This document shows positions 10,082 to 20,805 of a DNA stretch of 60,642 nt, in pieces. Position 1 is the stretch's first letter. Each line of letters begins with the position of its first letter. The position numbers and the translations under genes are program-made. The stretch is from a virus (lineage: Duplodnaviria; Caudoviricetes), in IMG/VR virus record IMGVR_UViG_3300031673_000043, positions 1 through 60,642 of that record. One strand, written 5' to 3'. Under the pieces are notes generated by a model, which saw nothing but the letters and a program-made list of their open reading frames with translations, ran no database searches and was not told where the DNA came from.

Positions 10082-11266
10082 CTATACCTCCTCAACGGCG
10101 AAGAAGTCACCGGGCTGATTGCGAAAAGCCCTCTGAAATAGTTTGAATGTTCGAGCTCCTAGAGTGAGCACCTGTTCTGTCGTTCTATTGAATCCTGTGG
10201 TGGAGAAGACTCCCTCGAGAGCTCCTACAGCAGTGAGATCATCCAGATCCACAATGTGACACTGCATCAGAACACTCTCATTGTTAGCGTTCAGCTTCAT
10301 GGTGTGGAACCCATTTGGTCCCCAGAAGTTCGGGTTGCTCGGAGTGAACGAGGTTTCAATCCTTCCTGTCTTATGAGGCCAGATGAACGGCCTCTGCCCG
10401 GAAGCAGGAGCAATGGATACAACAGAGCTGTTCTGGTTCTCAATCTGTACCCAAGTCCCTGTAGTTCTTCTCCTGTACCAGGCAGCTCCACCGGATCCAG
10501 GATCTGCAATCATGGAGTTCCTTGCATTGTTCAGATCCGGCGCTTCAATGTCAGGATAACTTGCAATGATTGCCAGAGGGAAGGGGTACTCCGTAGGAAG
10601 AGCGAACGGAAGGAAGAAGCCTGCATACATGCTCATGTAGTTCGTTGAGCACTTTGCTACAACTATCACGCGCCGGTCATTAGCATAGAACCAGTAGGTG
10701 ATGACGTTCTGCCACAGGTTGAAGTAGGTAGGTCCCCCAGCTCCGGGCATGGATCCATAAACCTCCCCGGCATCATAGCCTGTTGCACCGAAGATCTTCC
10801 ATGAGTAGAAGGCATCTCCTTCATCATGCTCTGTGTTGATATTGATATACACTCGAGCGCTCGCTCCGTTGCCTGGAGCTTGTAGGGAGAGAGTCATGTC
10901 CAGAGTGGTGATGAAGTCATAAGTCATATTGAATGTAGCACCGGATCCAGTTCCACCGGTGACACTGACCGGGTTGCTCGGAAGTGCGGAGTACTGACCA
11001 GGCTCAGTGACTTCGATCCCGTCAATGACTCCACCGGAGACCGAGGTGACTGTCAAGGTTGTCTGAGTGGTGTAGGTTCCACCGGAGACAGTGAGCACAT
11101 CATCCACAGCGTATCCGGTGCCTCCACCATTGATTGCAACAGCCGTTGCCTCCTTGTCTACTTCGGTGTACTCGAGCTGAGTCCATCCGGCAGTCCCCAC
11201 CAGCCAGGTCTGGAGCTTGTCCAGAAGGTCATTGTGGTTCGAGGCTGTTCCTGTAGTTGTTGCCAT
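10082..11266 (-). CDS. Minor tail structural protein
   Basis: Directly after tape measure; internal Gly/Thr-rich GGGTGY...GGTGSGATF domain. Confidence 0.7.
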   Translation of the reverse strand: MATTTGTASNHNDLLDKLQTWLVGTAGWTQLEYTEVDKEATAVAINGGGTGYAVDDVLTVSGGTYTTQTTLTVTSVSGGVIDGIEVTEPGQYSALPSNPVSVTGGTGSGATFNMTYDFITTLDMTLSLQAPGNGASARVYININTEHDEGDAFYSWKIFGATGYDAGEVYGSMPGAGGPTYFNLWQNVITYWFYANDRRVIVVAKCSTNYMSMYAGFFLPFALPTEYPFPLAIIASYPDIEAPDLNNARNSMIADPGSGGAAWYRRRTTGTWVQIENQNSSVVSIAPASGQRPFIWPHKTGRIETSFTPSNPNFWGPNGFHTMKLNANNESVLMQCHIVDLDDLTAVGALEGVFSTTGFNRTTEQVLTLGARTFKLFQRAFRNQPGDFFAVEEV

Positions 11267-11277
11267 ATTGAGTCTCC

Positions 11278-14076
11278 TTACATCCTCCTGATTGAACTCA
11301 TATTTCTTCTCACCGTGTTCATGATGATTTTTTCACCCTCAGTGGATCCCAGAGCAGAAAGGGACGTGGACTGGTCCTCTACATTGACAACCTTCACGTT
11401 AACCTGGGGAGCTTCCACATTGACGTTCGGGGACTCTCCTGGACGTGAGACATCTACACGCTCACCAGGAGTAAGTCTCATTGCAACCATTTTGCTGTCC
11501 GGTCCACCGCTTCCTCCTACCTTGAAGCCTCCTCCATGCTGGAAGCCTGGGATAGGTACAGTACCACCACCGGCAGATGCTCCACCAGCTCCACCGAGTC
11601 CTGGGATCAGGCTCATGAGCAGCTTGTTCATCAGGAGCCTGGTGAGATTTGCCAGGATCCCATCAACGAAGCCCTTGAAGTTCATCTCCCCAGTAGTGAT
11701 GAAGGATGTCAGAGCGTCCTGAGCTCCGTGGAAGGCATTGACCAGAGTATTCTCTGCAAGGCCTCCTACATCGGTGATCTCGGCCTTGAGACGCTGCAGC
11801 CCTCTTTCGAGTCCAGGAGGAAGCAGCTCCCCTCCTGACAGCATAGTCTCCTGTAGCTCCTTGTACTTTAGGATGTACTCCTCAAGAGTGATCTTACCTT
11901 CATACAGTAACTGCTTCAATATCTCGGTCTGATATGTGAACTCCATCTGTGGACCCTTGATCTGCATGAGTAGGTTGTTGTAGTCAGCGAGCTGATCGTT
12001 TGTGTCTTGTATAGCTTGCCTCTCTCTGACCAGCGCTTCAACAGCAGCTGTCTGTTGAACAGTGAGATCTCCACCAGCAGCAGCTCGAGCTGACATCAGA
12101 GCTCGCGTGAGTTCTTGCTCTTCCTGGTTCATCTTGAGCAAGGTGTTCTCTTCCCTCAGTCGATCCAGATACTCATCCATAGCACTTGTCCCAGCAATCC
12201 CATAGGTATCCTGCATCTCCTGGAGCTTTGTCTTGTATTGTTCCAGAGAGATAGATCCCTTCTTGAGCAGAGAATCCAGAAGGCCTAGCTGGTGCTCATA
12301 CTGCTTCTGAGGACCTAAGATCTCATTGAGGAGAGAAGCCTCTTCCCTGAGCACCTGGTTCTGAGCCTCGATTGCTTCCTTCTGCTTCAGGAGATTGATG
12401 ATTGTCTCTCGTTCAATATCTGTGAGAGGACGCTTTGCAAGTTCAAGCGCCTTCGTGATTGCTGTCTCCTCATTGCGCTTCTCAATAGTCAACCCGAGCA
12501 GAGTGTTCTCCCTCTTCATTGCAGCGATATATTGCTCAAGGTTCTTGTTCGCCTGGACTCGAGCCTGTACTTCCCTGAGCTGAGCTCGGATCATCTTCAG
12601 TGCATTAGCGTGAGCTCGATCCTGCTGAGCCTCAGCCTCTGCCATTTTCTTGTTCATCTGATCGAACATGAAAGTGAACCCAGCGATTGCCACAGCTCCC
12701 ACTGCAAGGAGAGGGTTCGCTATGATAACAGCCCAGAGAGACTTGAGTGCTGCTCCCAGTTTCACGGCTGCTATACGGAAGGCAATCGTTGCACCTGATA
12801 CTCTTCCCATTGAGATAGACGTTGCAGCAGCCTTCGCTGACAGCGCTGTCATACTAGCTGAGAGAGTCACCAGTCCCTGAGTCAACCGTGCAACCAGAGT
12901 GATGGCCTGTCCCAGGAGCTGAGGAGCGAACGTGATTGCAAAAGCAATCCCCAGCGCCTTAGTTGTGTGGACTAAGGTGTCCATATTCCGTGCGAGGAAC
13001 CGAAGAGTGTCAGCAGTACCACGAAGGAACTGAGTGAGCCCTGTCTCTGATCCCGTCTCTCCCATTGCAATGATGACAGCCTCAAACGCTGATTTGACGG
13101 CAAAGAGAGCTCCCTTGAGATTGTCATCCATGATGTCTGAGATCCTCTTCGCTGTCCCTGCAGAGTTGTTTAGTTTCTGCTCAAGCTCTACAATCTTCGG
13201 GATGTTCTTGACCATGACCTCGAAGGCCGGACCTCCTCGATCACCGAAGAGCTCGAGTGCCTTCCCCGTATCAATCCCAGCATCCTGCAGGCGCTGGAGG
13301 GACTGGATCAGCCCTACCTGACTCACACGTACCTCTTCAGCAGATATTCCCATTGCCTTGAGCAGCTTCGTCTCATTAGATGTAGGAGCCTCAAGAGTTG
13401 ACAGCACTCTCCTGAGACCAGTGCCTGCCATACTTGCCTGAAGCCCTGCATCTGACAGAGCCCCTATTGCAGCAGAGGCCGTCTCTATCTCGATCCCCAC
13501 TCCAGCTGCCACAGGAGCAACAAAGCTCATTGCATCTCCGAGCTGTCTGACATCGGTGTTTGCTGAGTTAGCTGCAAGAGCAAGAGTGTCTACAACCCTG
13601 CCTGCTTCATCGGCCTCCAGACGGAACCCTCGGAGGACATTTGCTGAGATACTTGATGCTTCACCGAGTCCTAAGGCTCCAGCCTGGGCAAGTCGGAGAG
13701 TATCATCGATTGTCTCTGCTACCTCTGCAACAGAGAATCCTGAACGAGCGAGGAACTTCATCCCCTCTGCAGCCTGGGAAGCGCTGAACCGGGTAGTTGC
13801 TCCGAGATCCTTTGCCACTTCTCGGAGCTGGGTGAAGTCAGCAGCCGTTGCCTGAGTAATAGCACGGACCGTTGACATCTCCTGAGAGAAGTCAGCGAGT
13901 GTCTTAATAGTTACACCTACACCGGCAGCGAGACCGATTGCTCCGAAGGTCCTCATGAGCATCCCGTGCAGCTGCTTTGCTCGCTGTTCTACTCCACCGA
14001 GAGCTCCCTTGACCTGCTTCGCTCCTCGTTGAGCGCCGGAGGGATCGACCTTTACCTTCACCCAGAACTCAGCCAT
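11278..14076 (-). CDS. Tail tape measure protein (TP901-like)
   Basis: TTRFSASQAAEGMKFLARSG and AGTGLRRVL motifs; coiled-coil; follows the chaperones. Confidence 0.92.
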   Translation of the reverse strand: MAEFWVKVKVDPSGAQRGAKQVKGALGGVEQRAKQLHGMLMRTFGAIGLAAGVGVTIKTLADFSQEMSTVRAITQATAADFTQLREVAKDLGATTRFSASQAAEGMKFLARSGFSVAEVAETIDDTLRLAQAGALGLGEASSISANVLRGFRLEADEAGRVVDTLALAANSANTDVRQLGDAMSFVAPVAAGVGIEIETASAAIGALSDAGLQASMAGTGLRRVLSTLEAPTSNETKLLKAMGISAEEVRVSQVGLIQSLQRLQDAGIDTGKALELFGDRGGPAFEVMVKNIPKIVELEQKLNNSAGTAKRISDIMDDNLKGALFAVKSAFEAVIIAMGETGSETGLTQFLRGTADTLRFLARNMDTLVHTTKALGIAFAITFAPQLLGQAITLVARLTQGLVTLSASMTALSAKAAATSISMGRVSGATIAFRIAAVKLGAALKSLWAVIIANPLLAVGAVAIAGFTFMFDQMNKKMAEAEAQQDRAHANALKMIRAQLREVQARVQANKNLEQYIAAMKRENTLLGLTIEKRNEETAITKALELAKRPLTDIERETIINLLKQKEAIEAQNQVLREEASLLNEILGPQKQYEHQLGLLDSLLKKGSISLEQYKTKLQEMQDTYGIAGTSAMDEYLDRLREENTLLKMNQEEQELTRALMSARAAAGGDLTVQQTAAVEALVRERQAIQDTNDQLADYNNLLMQIKGPQMEFTYQTEILKQLLYEGKITLEEYILKYKELQETMLSGGELLPPGLERGLQRLKAEITDVGGLAENTLVNAFHGAQDALTSFITTGEMNFKGFVDGILANLTRLLMNKLLMSLIPGLGGAGGASAGGGTVPIPGFQHGGGFKVGGSGGPDSKMVAMRLTPGERVDVSRPGESPNVNVEAPQVNVKVVNVEDQSTSLSALGSTEGEKIIMNTVRRNMSSIRRM

Positions 14077-14079
14077 TAT

Positions 14080-14415
14080 CTACTTCCCCTCTGAAGCAAG
14101 TCTCTTCTTCGAGTGCTCCAGATAGACCGCGTCCATTGCACGGAGAGTGAGGACAAACACCGGAAAGAGATCTTCCTCGAGCCCTGCATATTGAGCATAG
14201 AAAACAAGATCCCTCCAGGGTATAGGTCCCAGAGTCCAGCCGAAAGCTCGGCACGTACTCAACTCATAGAAGGCTGTCAGATAGAAGTTGTCTCCTGGGA
14301 GGAGGATTGGTTCATTCTGCAACCACTCCGGGATTGGTTGACCACGTTCTGCAGCTGCCTTCGCAACAAATCCCTTTTCCTCCCATTCAAGCTCCCACTT
14401 CAGCCTTCCTGCAAG
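14080..14415 (-). CDS. Tail assembly chaperone, frameshifted (GT) portion
   Basis: The -1 frame is open from the slippery site at 14415 into ORF 14080..14322. Confidence 0.75.
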   Translation of the reverse strand, partial: LAGRLKWELEWEEKGFVAKAAAERGQPIPEWLQNEPILLPGDNFYLTAFYELSTCRAFGWTLGPIPWRDLVFYAQYAGLEEDLFPVFVLTLRAMDAVYLEHSKKRLASEGK

Positions 14416-14861
14416 TTTTTTGAGGTCGTCTCCGCGTCAGGCATATCACCGGTGACGAAGTTCCTGACAATCGTTGCAAAGTTGCGGACCTTGTCGAAGA
14501 GCCAGTCAGGGAGCGCCTCTAGGAACCCCTGACAGTTCTCTTCATTGAAGGGGACATCCTTGCCCTTGTCATCCTTCACGTTCTTCCAGCCCTTGACTAT
14601 GTACTTCGCATAGAGCACACGGTCATTGTCTCGATTGTCCTTTATCATTGAGGTATCGAAGTTCTGCTCCTGGATGTTCCTCATGTTCTTCCTGGATCTA
14701 CGGAGCAGCCCGTTGAAATATCCCTTGTTCACCTCGGTTGCAGGAGCGAGGAACAAAGTAGGGGACGTTCCGTCTGGGTTCTCAATGTCATGCAGTGTGA
14801 GCTCAGCGGTCATCTCATCGTTGAGCTCGAGTGCCTTCAGCTGATTAAACGACATTGTCAT
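14400..14861 (-). CDS. Tail assembly chaperone (G)
   Basis: Between tail tube and tape measure; ends with an A AAA AAC slippery heptamer. Confidence 0.8.
   Translation of the reverse strand: MTMSFNQLKALELNDEMTAELTLHDIENPDGTSPTLFLAPATEVNKGYFNGLLRRSRKNMRNIQEQNFDTSMIKDNRDNDRVLYAKYIVKGWKNVKDDKGKDVPFNEENCQGFLEALPDWLFDKVRNFATIVRNFVTGDMPDAETTSKNLQEG
14415..14421 (-). other. -1 programmed ribosomal frameshift site AAAAAAC
   Basis: X XXY YYZ heptamer in the correct frame; shifted frame reads KKLAGRLKWELEW...LQNEPILL. Confidence 0.75.
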
Positions 14862-14930
14862 GTCGGTCTCCTTTGTGGTCTCCTGTGAGACTCTCTTCCG
14901 ACTAGAGCCTCATATCTATCTCACCTAGTC

Positions 14931-16436
14931 CTACGAGCTGGGCAGGTAGGGGAAGAGCGAGATACCGATTGATGTCCCGAGTGTCGGATCCTCGAACGCT
15001 TGCGCCGGTGTATTCATGAGCACCGTCTCGTTCTCCGGGAGTTCCTTGTCTCCTCCACCGAGCGTCATAGCGGGGAGATCGAAGAACAGACCACCGTCAT
15101 CATTACGCAAGCTGAAGTCCATAGTGACGGTAGTGTTTGCCCGTATCGCTGCAGGGACTGCCTTGTTCGTGAACAGGACCTGAGCCTCGATATTGACATC
15201 GAAGTTCCCCACGTTCATGAAGACTGCTCCCAGATTAGCGAGCGCCTTCTCCGGGGAGGCATTGTTGTTGAGCGTCAGAGTGAGGCTCTTGAAGTAGGTA
15301 GTGAGCCCGGTCTCATCTACCTCGGTGATCCTCAGACGTGCAATGTCAGCTGACGTATTGAACGCCGTTGTCTGCACCGGAAGCAGCGGAGTGTCCGCTC
15401 CTGTAGCACGCGAAGTGTCAGGAGGCTCCGTGTCCGTTCCCACGAAACCGAAGGAGCACGTTGCCTTGTCAGCGAGAGGGAGACTGAAGGCCAGGGTGTT
15501 GCAGTAGTTCCCCTTCGCGTACTCATAGCAATCAGTTCCCACTGCTTCGAGATCCGGCAGTGTGAGCTCGAACTGATAACTTGCTTCATCATAGTCCACG
15601 TCATCCACTGAGACGTTACGGATGAAGTGTCCGAAGTAGACGTGGATCTCTTTCGCTGCTCCGTTGTCGGTCTGGTAGGTGCTGGTCTTCTTGTCGAGAG
15701 TGAGCTCGTTCGCTGCTATTGCAGTGATCCTTGCCCAGCCTCTGTTGACACTGCTCGAGATGTCCAGAGCGAACCGGTTCAGCGTAGCAGTACCGCCGAT
15801 CCAGATCACCTGACCGACCGTGAGGTCGAGAGTGGTGAAGTCCAGGACAGTGCTGATGAGGTTACCGCTTGCATCGATCTCGAGGTCACCCGCCGCTCCC
15901 TCAAATCCACAGACCTCTATCCGTGCATTGTCTGGTGGGGATCCCTCTGTCACCAGGTCTTCCTCAACAGCAATAGCTGTTCCTGTGGAACCAGCTGCCA
16001 CAGTCTTGAGACCGTTGTTGTCAGAGTTTGTGAAACCTCGGCAGTAGATGAGCTGTCCTGCAGCGAGGTCTCCGTTCGCGCTGACATCATACTCCTCTGC
16101 CGTTCCATCAACTCCGGTGATGGTGTCTGTCTCCTGGTCCCCGTATACGTTCGGTCCGTTCGGAAGAGCGAACACGAACGCTGCAAGGAACGTGGTGACG
16201 TGTTCCATTGTGAGATCAGCCTCGAACTCGACTGCACTGTCGAGATCGGTGATGGTCCCCTTCTTTCGCTGCCGATCCTTTGAGATAGGATTTCGGGAAA
16301 CCGTGTTGATGGTTGCTCCGTAAGATCCTATACTGTTCGGTTCGAGCAGCTCCCACTTCGGACTCCCTGGGAGTACAGCGAGAGAATCCTCTCGAGCGAC
16401 TGCCAGTGAAACCGTGTTAGTTGATACCTTGCTCAT
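14931..16436 (-). CDS. Major tail tube protein
   Basis: 501 aa; position between terminator and chaperones. Confidence 0.8.
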   Translation of the reverse strand: MSKVSTNTVSLAVAREDSLAVLPGSPKWELLEPNSIGSYGATINTVSRNPISKDRQRKKGTITDLDSAVEFEADLTMEHVTTFLAAFVFALPNGPNVYGDQETDTITGVDGTAEEYDVSANGDLAAGQLIYCRGFTNSDNNGLKTVAAGSTGTAIAVEEDLVTEGSPPDNARIEVCGFEGAAGDLEIDASGNLISTVLDFTTLDLTVGQVIWIGGTATLNRFALDISSSVNRGWARITAIAANELTLDKKTSTYQTDNGAAKEIHVYFGHFIRNVSVDDVDYDEASYQFELTLPDLEAVGTDCYEYAKGNYCNTLAFSLPLADKATCSFGFVGTDTEPPDTSRATGADTPLLPVQTTAFNTSADIARLRITEVDETGLTTYFKSLTLTLNNNASPEKALANLGAVFMNVGNFDVNIEAQVLFTNKAVPAAIRANTTVTMDFSLRNDDGGLFFDLPAMTLGGGDKELPENETVLMNTPAQAFEDPTLGTSIGISLFPYLPSS

Positions 16437-16450
16437 CGAAGCTACACCTC

Positions 16451-16873
16451 CTACTTGATCTCATCATAGGTAAAAGGTACCGTGACATTGCCTCTTCTCC
16501 AGGTCCCGTCAGACTTGTTCTCATCAGGTCTTTCACGGTATTGTCCAGCATTAAATGCTACTTGACTGATTGTCTTCCCTTCATAAAGGTCGAGGGCTGT
16601 CTTGCCCAGCGCGTCCAGCCGCAGGAGACCTCGATCAGCTTGGACAAAAATCTGAATCAAGACGAACCCTCGACTCCTGAACACTCGGTTATTAATACCA
16701 CCGAGCGTGTGCTGATCTCTACCTGCCTGATGGACAGAGAGACGGATGTACTCAGCTTTTCCCTTAGAGTCGAAGCTCTCACCATCGAAGGTGTACGGAA
16801 CAGTAGGAGACGGAGGTGACCAGTTACTCACAAGGTATTGATAAATTATCTCCCTTGCTTCGTTTATTGTCAC
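16451..16873 (-). CDS. Tail terminator-like protein
   Basis: G.V.IQIF...G and VTVPFTYDE pattern; position before the tube gene. Confidence 0.65.
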   Translation of the reverse strand: MTINEAREIIYQYLVSNWSPPSPTVPYTFDGESFDSKGKAEYIRLSVHQAGRDQHTLGGINNRVFRSRGFVLIQIFVQADRGLLRLDALGKTALDLYEGKTISQVAFNAGQYRERPDENKSDGTWRRGNVTVPFTYDEIK

Positions 16874-17259
16874 TTCAGGATCCTCCTGTTCGACTCTTCG
16901 ACAACTCGATCAATGATCTCTTCGATGAAACCTGCCGGAGCCTGGTCTGACTTACCTGCATTAAGTGACTCGATGTATGGCACGTTGTTACTTATAAACA
17001 CAGGACCGTCACTGAGCTGGTACTGACTAGCAACCGCTGCCATTCCAACTTCTTGTTGTCCAGTATTGAAGGAGTCCCTGGTACCTATCGGACCCTCAAA
17101 TGGTGTACCTATATTGAGGATCCAGTTTGCTCTTGCCCAGCCGGTATCCACAGGAGTCTTGTCTATCAGTCCCTCGTTGATGTCGAGAGCTATGATCTTG
17201 ACTTCCTTCTGTAGAGCCCGAAAGAACTCCCCCATCACCCGGTCCGCTTCTGCTCCCAT
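16870..17259 (-). CDS. Tail completion protein (HK97 gp10-like)
   Basis: TPVDTGWARANW and NNVPYI..LN.G.S.QAPAGF motifs. Confidence 0.8.
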   Translation of the reverse strand: MGAEADRVMGEFFRALQKEVKIIALDINEGLIDKTPVDTGWARANWILNIGTPFEGPIGTRDSFNTGQQEVGMAAVASQYQLSDGPVFISNNVPYIESLNAGKSDQAPAGFIEEIIDRVVEESNRRILK

Positions 17260-17265
17260 CAGTTT

Positions 17266-17802
17266 CTACTCAACGATCTCTTCAGGCCTGACCTCCGTGG
17301 TCTTTTTGACCTTCTTCAGTCGTTGCGCCTCCTTTGAGGTCACCGAGAGACGGTGCTTCCCGCTCTTCGTGGTGACCTTCCATCCCCCGGATCCTACACT
17401 CACTACCTTGTGCTTCTTCGGATTGAATTTGAAGCTCTGAGGATCCTTCTTCTCAGGCTCTTCAACCTTCTCTTCAGGTTCCTTCGTCTCCTCATCCTTC
17501 TCCTCAGATACACCAGGATCCTCAGCTCCCTCTCCTGTTGTGGTCTCCTTCTCTTCCTGCTCGATCTCATCGATCACAGGAGTCTCTGGTTCCACAGGAG
17601 GAGCTTCAGGCTCTTCAGCCGGTGCAGGACCAGGGTCAATGAATCGCCCTTCATAGAGCAGCTTCAGCTTGCGTGCTGAACAGCTCAGCTGTCTCCAGGG
17701 GAACTCATCACCCGGCGCGTAGTCCCGGCCATGAAACCGGAACCCGCGCCGAGCGTGATACTCACCTGTCTGAGTGAAGGGCTGTCGGGTCTCCTTTGTC
17801 AT
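17266..17802 (-). CDS. Hypothetical protein after the capsid gene, with acidic linker
   Basis: Start revised to MTKETRQ (ATG 17802); Glu/Pro-rich centre. Confidence 0.6.
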   Translation of the reverse strand: MTKETRQPFTQTGEYHARRGFRFHGRDYAPGDEFPWRQLSCSARKLKLLYEGRFIDPGPAPAEEPEAPPVEPETPVIDEIEQEEKETTTGEGAEDPGVSEEKDEETKEPEEKVEEPEKKDPQSFKFNPKKHKVVSVGSGGWKVTTKSGKHRLSVTSKEAQRLKKVKKTTEVRPEEIVE

Positions 17803-17825
17803 AATGACAACAACTCCCTTCACTG

Positions 17826-18812
17826 TTAAGCGACAGCCGAACCGAACCAGCAGCCGAGGTCTGCTGAAACGAGCTTCTGATCGAAGGCCATTTCGATCTC
17901 GACTCTGTCGGACTTGATAGGCTGCATACGGAACCTCATGATCCGCTGTCCCTGAGGAGCAGCTCCGAGGTATCCCGTCCATGAGAACGTATACCCGGCA
18001 GTCGGAGTCATGAGCGCCGGTGACGGTGTGGAGTAGCAGAGCAGCGCTGCTTTCCCACCGATGAAGGCGTGCACGTTCGATGCACCCTCATTCGCCGTGT
18101 TCTGGATTGCCTTCATCACGAACACCCTGGGGATCTTGAACAGAGCAGCGAGCTCTGGAGCATCCACCATTGCAGGACCGGGAGCCGTCTGACCGTATTT
18201 GACGCGGTCAACGATGTCCGGGTGATCGATCAGAGAATCGAACACTTCCTGACCGACAACCAGCGTATTAGGCTCGAAGCCGGTGAGCTTCAGGATGTCG
18301 GTCTTCCGGTGACGGATGTCCTCGATGGGTGTGGAAGCAGCATCGTTCCACTGCTTGAACTGGGCACCGGTCGGAGTCCCGGAGACTCCAGTGTACTCGG
18401 TGGTCCAGACACCCGTGACGAAGTACTTGCTCACCCAGAGGACCTCACGCTTGATGAGGGCCTTCTGAGTGCAGATCTCTGTTGCCTCCCTGTCAGGATC
18501 GAGGACCGCGTCCGAATTGCTCCGGCGCTGGTCATCAATGTCGTGATGGAAGGCGTACACCGGAGCGTAGTAGGTCGGTGTGTTGTCCACCGAGTAGTGC
18601 CCTCCGGCGCTCTCCGTTGCAGGAGCACGGACCTTCATCTCGTCCCGGTTGAAGTAGCCCCGATCATAGGTGTAGTACCTATCGGACTGCTTCGTCACCG
18701 GCACGTTCGGGAAGATCTGGTCCGCAACGAAGTTACTCGCTGCCTGAAGATAGGCAATCGAGATATTCGTGAGGGGAGTGTTTACGTGAACATCTCCCGG
18801 AGTCGGTTTCAT
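17826..18812 (-). CDS. Major capsid protein
   Basis: LTNISIAY...FVADQIFP.VPV motif; strong RBS; position in head module. Confidence 0.9.
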   Translation of the reverse strand: MKPTPGDVHVNTPLTNISIAYLQAASNFVADQIFPNVPVTKQSDRYYTYDRGYFNRDEMKVRAPATESAGGHYSVDNTPTYYAPVYAFHHDIDDQRRSNSDAVLDPDREATEICTQKALIKREVLWVSKYFVTGVWTTEYTGVSGTPTGAQFKQWNDAASTPIEDIRHRKTDILKLTGFEPNTLVVGQEVFDSLIDHPDIVDRVKYGQTAPGPAMVDAPELAALFKIPRVFVMKAIQNTANEGASNVHAFIGGKAALLCYSTPSPALMTPTAGYTFSWTGYLGAAPQGQRIMRFRMQPIKSDRVEIEMAFDQKLVSADLGCWFGSAVA

Positions 18813-18885
18813 CTCTTCATCCTCCTCGTGAAAGTTAGAGCATTGTTGACTTCACTCTTCCTCATCCCCGTCAGCCCTACCAGGA

Positions 18886-19266
18886 TCAGGCAGAGACGTA
18901 CATCGGAGCGGGATACATCTCTACGATGTCTCCGTCAACCCCGCCAGTCTTCAGCCGTCCCCAGACGTAGTCGCCTGTGGCAACGGCACCCATCCTCCCG
19001 GTAGTTGCCTCGGGAGTCACGAGAGCATCAGCAGCGAGAGTGGCACCGAGCTTGACCTTGACAACCGCACTGCCGTTGAGCATTGCGATTGTTGCAGCCT
19101 TCCCCGCCGTGTCCGGGTTCGTGTAAAGGATCCCGATCCCATCCTCTCCCTGAGATGCACACAGAGTCGCCACACCAGCCACTGATTTGACACAGCAGTA
19201 CTGATAAGACGAATAGTCTGCAGCAACGGGGAGAGAGATGGTGTTCACCTTCTCCTCTGTTGACAT
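18886..19266 (-). CDS. Capsid decoration/cement-like protein
   Basis: Start revised to MSTEEK; small beta-rich protein before the capsid gene. Confidence 0.65.
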   Translation of the reverse strand: MSTEEKVNTISLPVAADYSSYQYCCVKSVAGVATLCASQGEDGIGILYTNPDTAGKAATIAMLNGSAVVKVKLGATLAADALVTPEATTGRMGAVATGDYVWGRLKTGGVDGDIVEMYPAPMYVSA

Positions 19267-19382
19267 GTCGTTCCCTTTCTCAAGAACCTTTGCCAGTGCC
19301 TGCATGAGCAGGCGCTAATTAATCTATAACGGACTCGGTGAGAGAGTCTGCTCGTGCAGCTTCTCTGCTCCGGTCGGTTTTC

Positions 19383-20804
19383 CTATCCCTGGTGATCGGT
19401 CTGCTGCTGAGGAAGCGTCTGCTCATAGAGCTTTTTGCCTTCCTCGGTCTTGAGAACAGCGTCATAGGCCGTAGCGTATGACATCTTGTTCTCAGCAGCG
19501 TGCTTCTTCGCCAGAGCATCGAGCTCATCGGAGGCCTTCTTGAAGCCCTCTCCACGGGATCCGATCTCCTCGAAGGCTCCCTTGTGGGACTCGTTCTGAG
19601 CCTTGAGCATCTCGTGAGCGGACTTCCTGACCTCTTCGTCTTCGATCCCGTCCACGGCCTTGAGGACAGCAACCTTGACGGCCTGGTCACCGGGGAGATG
19701 CTTGAGATCCGCGTCCGCTCTCTTCTCGAGCTCGAGTCTCTCACTCTTCTCCCTGTCAGCCTTCGCCAGCTTGCGGTCTTCGTCCCGGTCCTTCGCCATC
19801 TGGACCAGCCTGGGATCATCTGACTTCTTGTACTCGGTCCCTGCCTCATCCGTGTAGACCACAGGATCCGAAGCCTGGAGCTTCTCGAGCTCCTTGTTCC
19901 TTCCGTCAGCATCGAGCTTCAGGAAGGAAGCCTTCTCCTCATCACCGAGGGTGTTGTAGTGAGCCTTCTCCGCGTCCGTGAGAACGCTGATTGCCTTCAC
20001 TACCTCGAGCTCATCCTGGACCTTCTTGAGCTCGGTGTCCTTCTCTTCGAGACTCTTCTCGAGCTCTTCGGTGGTTTTCTTCTTGTCATCCGGCATTGCA
20101 CTTGCCTCCTTCTTCTTCTTCTTCTCCTTGAGAACTTTTGGCAGATCCTCCTTGCCCTTGTCTGGGTTTGCTTTCAACCAGGCAGAGCGAACACGAGCAG
20201 TGACTCCGGCTAGATCATCCGAGGGGATCTGCACCTTCTGTCCTCGGAAACCTGGACCGAGCGCTGCAACAGCAGCTCCTACGATCCTCTGGTCAGGGTC
20301 ACCACCTGGGGTTGATGTCAATCTGAGCTTCCACGTTGACGGCTTCTTCGGATCAGGCACATAGGCGTAGTCCGTGGCAGGAAATTTATTGCTGCCCTCC
20401 GTCTTCATGGGTTTCTCTTTCGAGACCTCTTCCTCCGCTCCTTCCTCGATCTCTTCTACAGCGTTCTCGATCATTGAGGACACAGCGGACGCGAACTCCT
20501 GCAAAGACTCTCGGACAGCTGACATAGTGTCCGGGTAAGTCTTTTTATCCTCCATTATCTCCCGGATGGATCTCCTGAGAGCTTCGTTGTATTGCCACAT
20601 CCCACGAGTTGCTTCATCGATGTCTTCCTGGAGCTCGAGTCCTTCGAGAGCGTCATTGAACATAATCTTTGCCAGCTCTTCAGGATCCTCGGTGTCTCTC
20701 TTCATCAACACCATTTTAGCACCGCCCTGGGCCATACCATCGACAGCGCTGATCTCCTTCATCCTGAACTTGTGCATGATCTTTTTCTTCTTGTCTGTTG
20801 GCAT
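19383..20804 (-). CDS. Scaffold-like head protein
   Basis: Highly charged coiled-coil; between protease and capsid genes. Confidence 0.65.
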   Translation of the reverse strand: MPTDKKKKIMHKFRMKEISAVDGMAQGGAKMVLMKRDTEDPEELAKIMFNDALEGLELQEDIDEATRGMWQYNEALRRSIREIMEDKKTYPDTMSAVRESLQEFASAVSSMIENAVEEIEEGAEEEVSKEKPMKTEGSNKFPATDYAYVPDPKKPSTWKLRLTSTPGGDPDQRIVGAAVAALGPGFRGQKVQIPSDDLAGVTARVRSAWLKANPDKGKEDLPKVLKEKKKKKEASAMPDDKKKTTEELEKSLEEKDTELKKVQDELEVVKAISVLTDAEKAHYNTLGDEEKASFLKLDADGRNKELEKLQASDPVVYTDEAGTEYKKSDDPRLVQMAKDRDEDRKLAKADREKSERLELEKRADADLKHLPGDQAVKVAVLKAVDGIEDEEVRKSAHEMLKAQNESHKGAFEEIGSRGEGFKKASDELDALAKKHAAENKMSYATAYDAVLKTEEGKKLYEQTLPQQQTDHQG

Positions 20805-20805
20805 A

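Noticed and set aside
1379-11266. Diversity-generating retroelement in the tail genes
   Set aside because: No reverse transcriptase and no adenine-variable repeat pair seen
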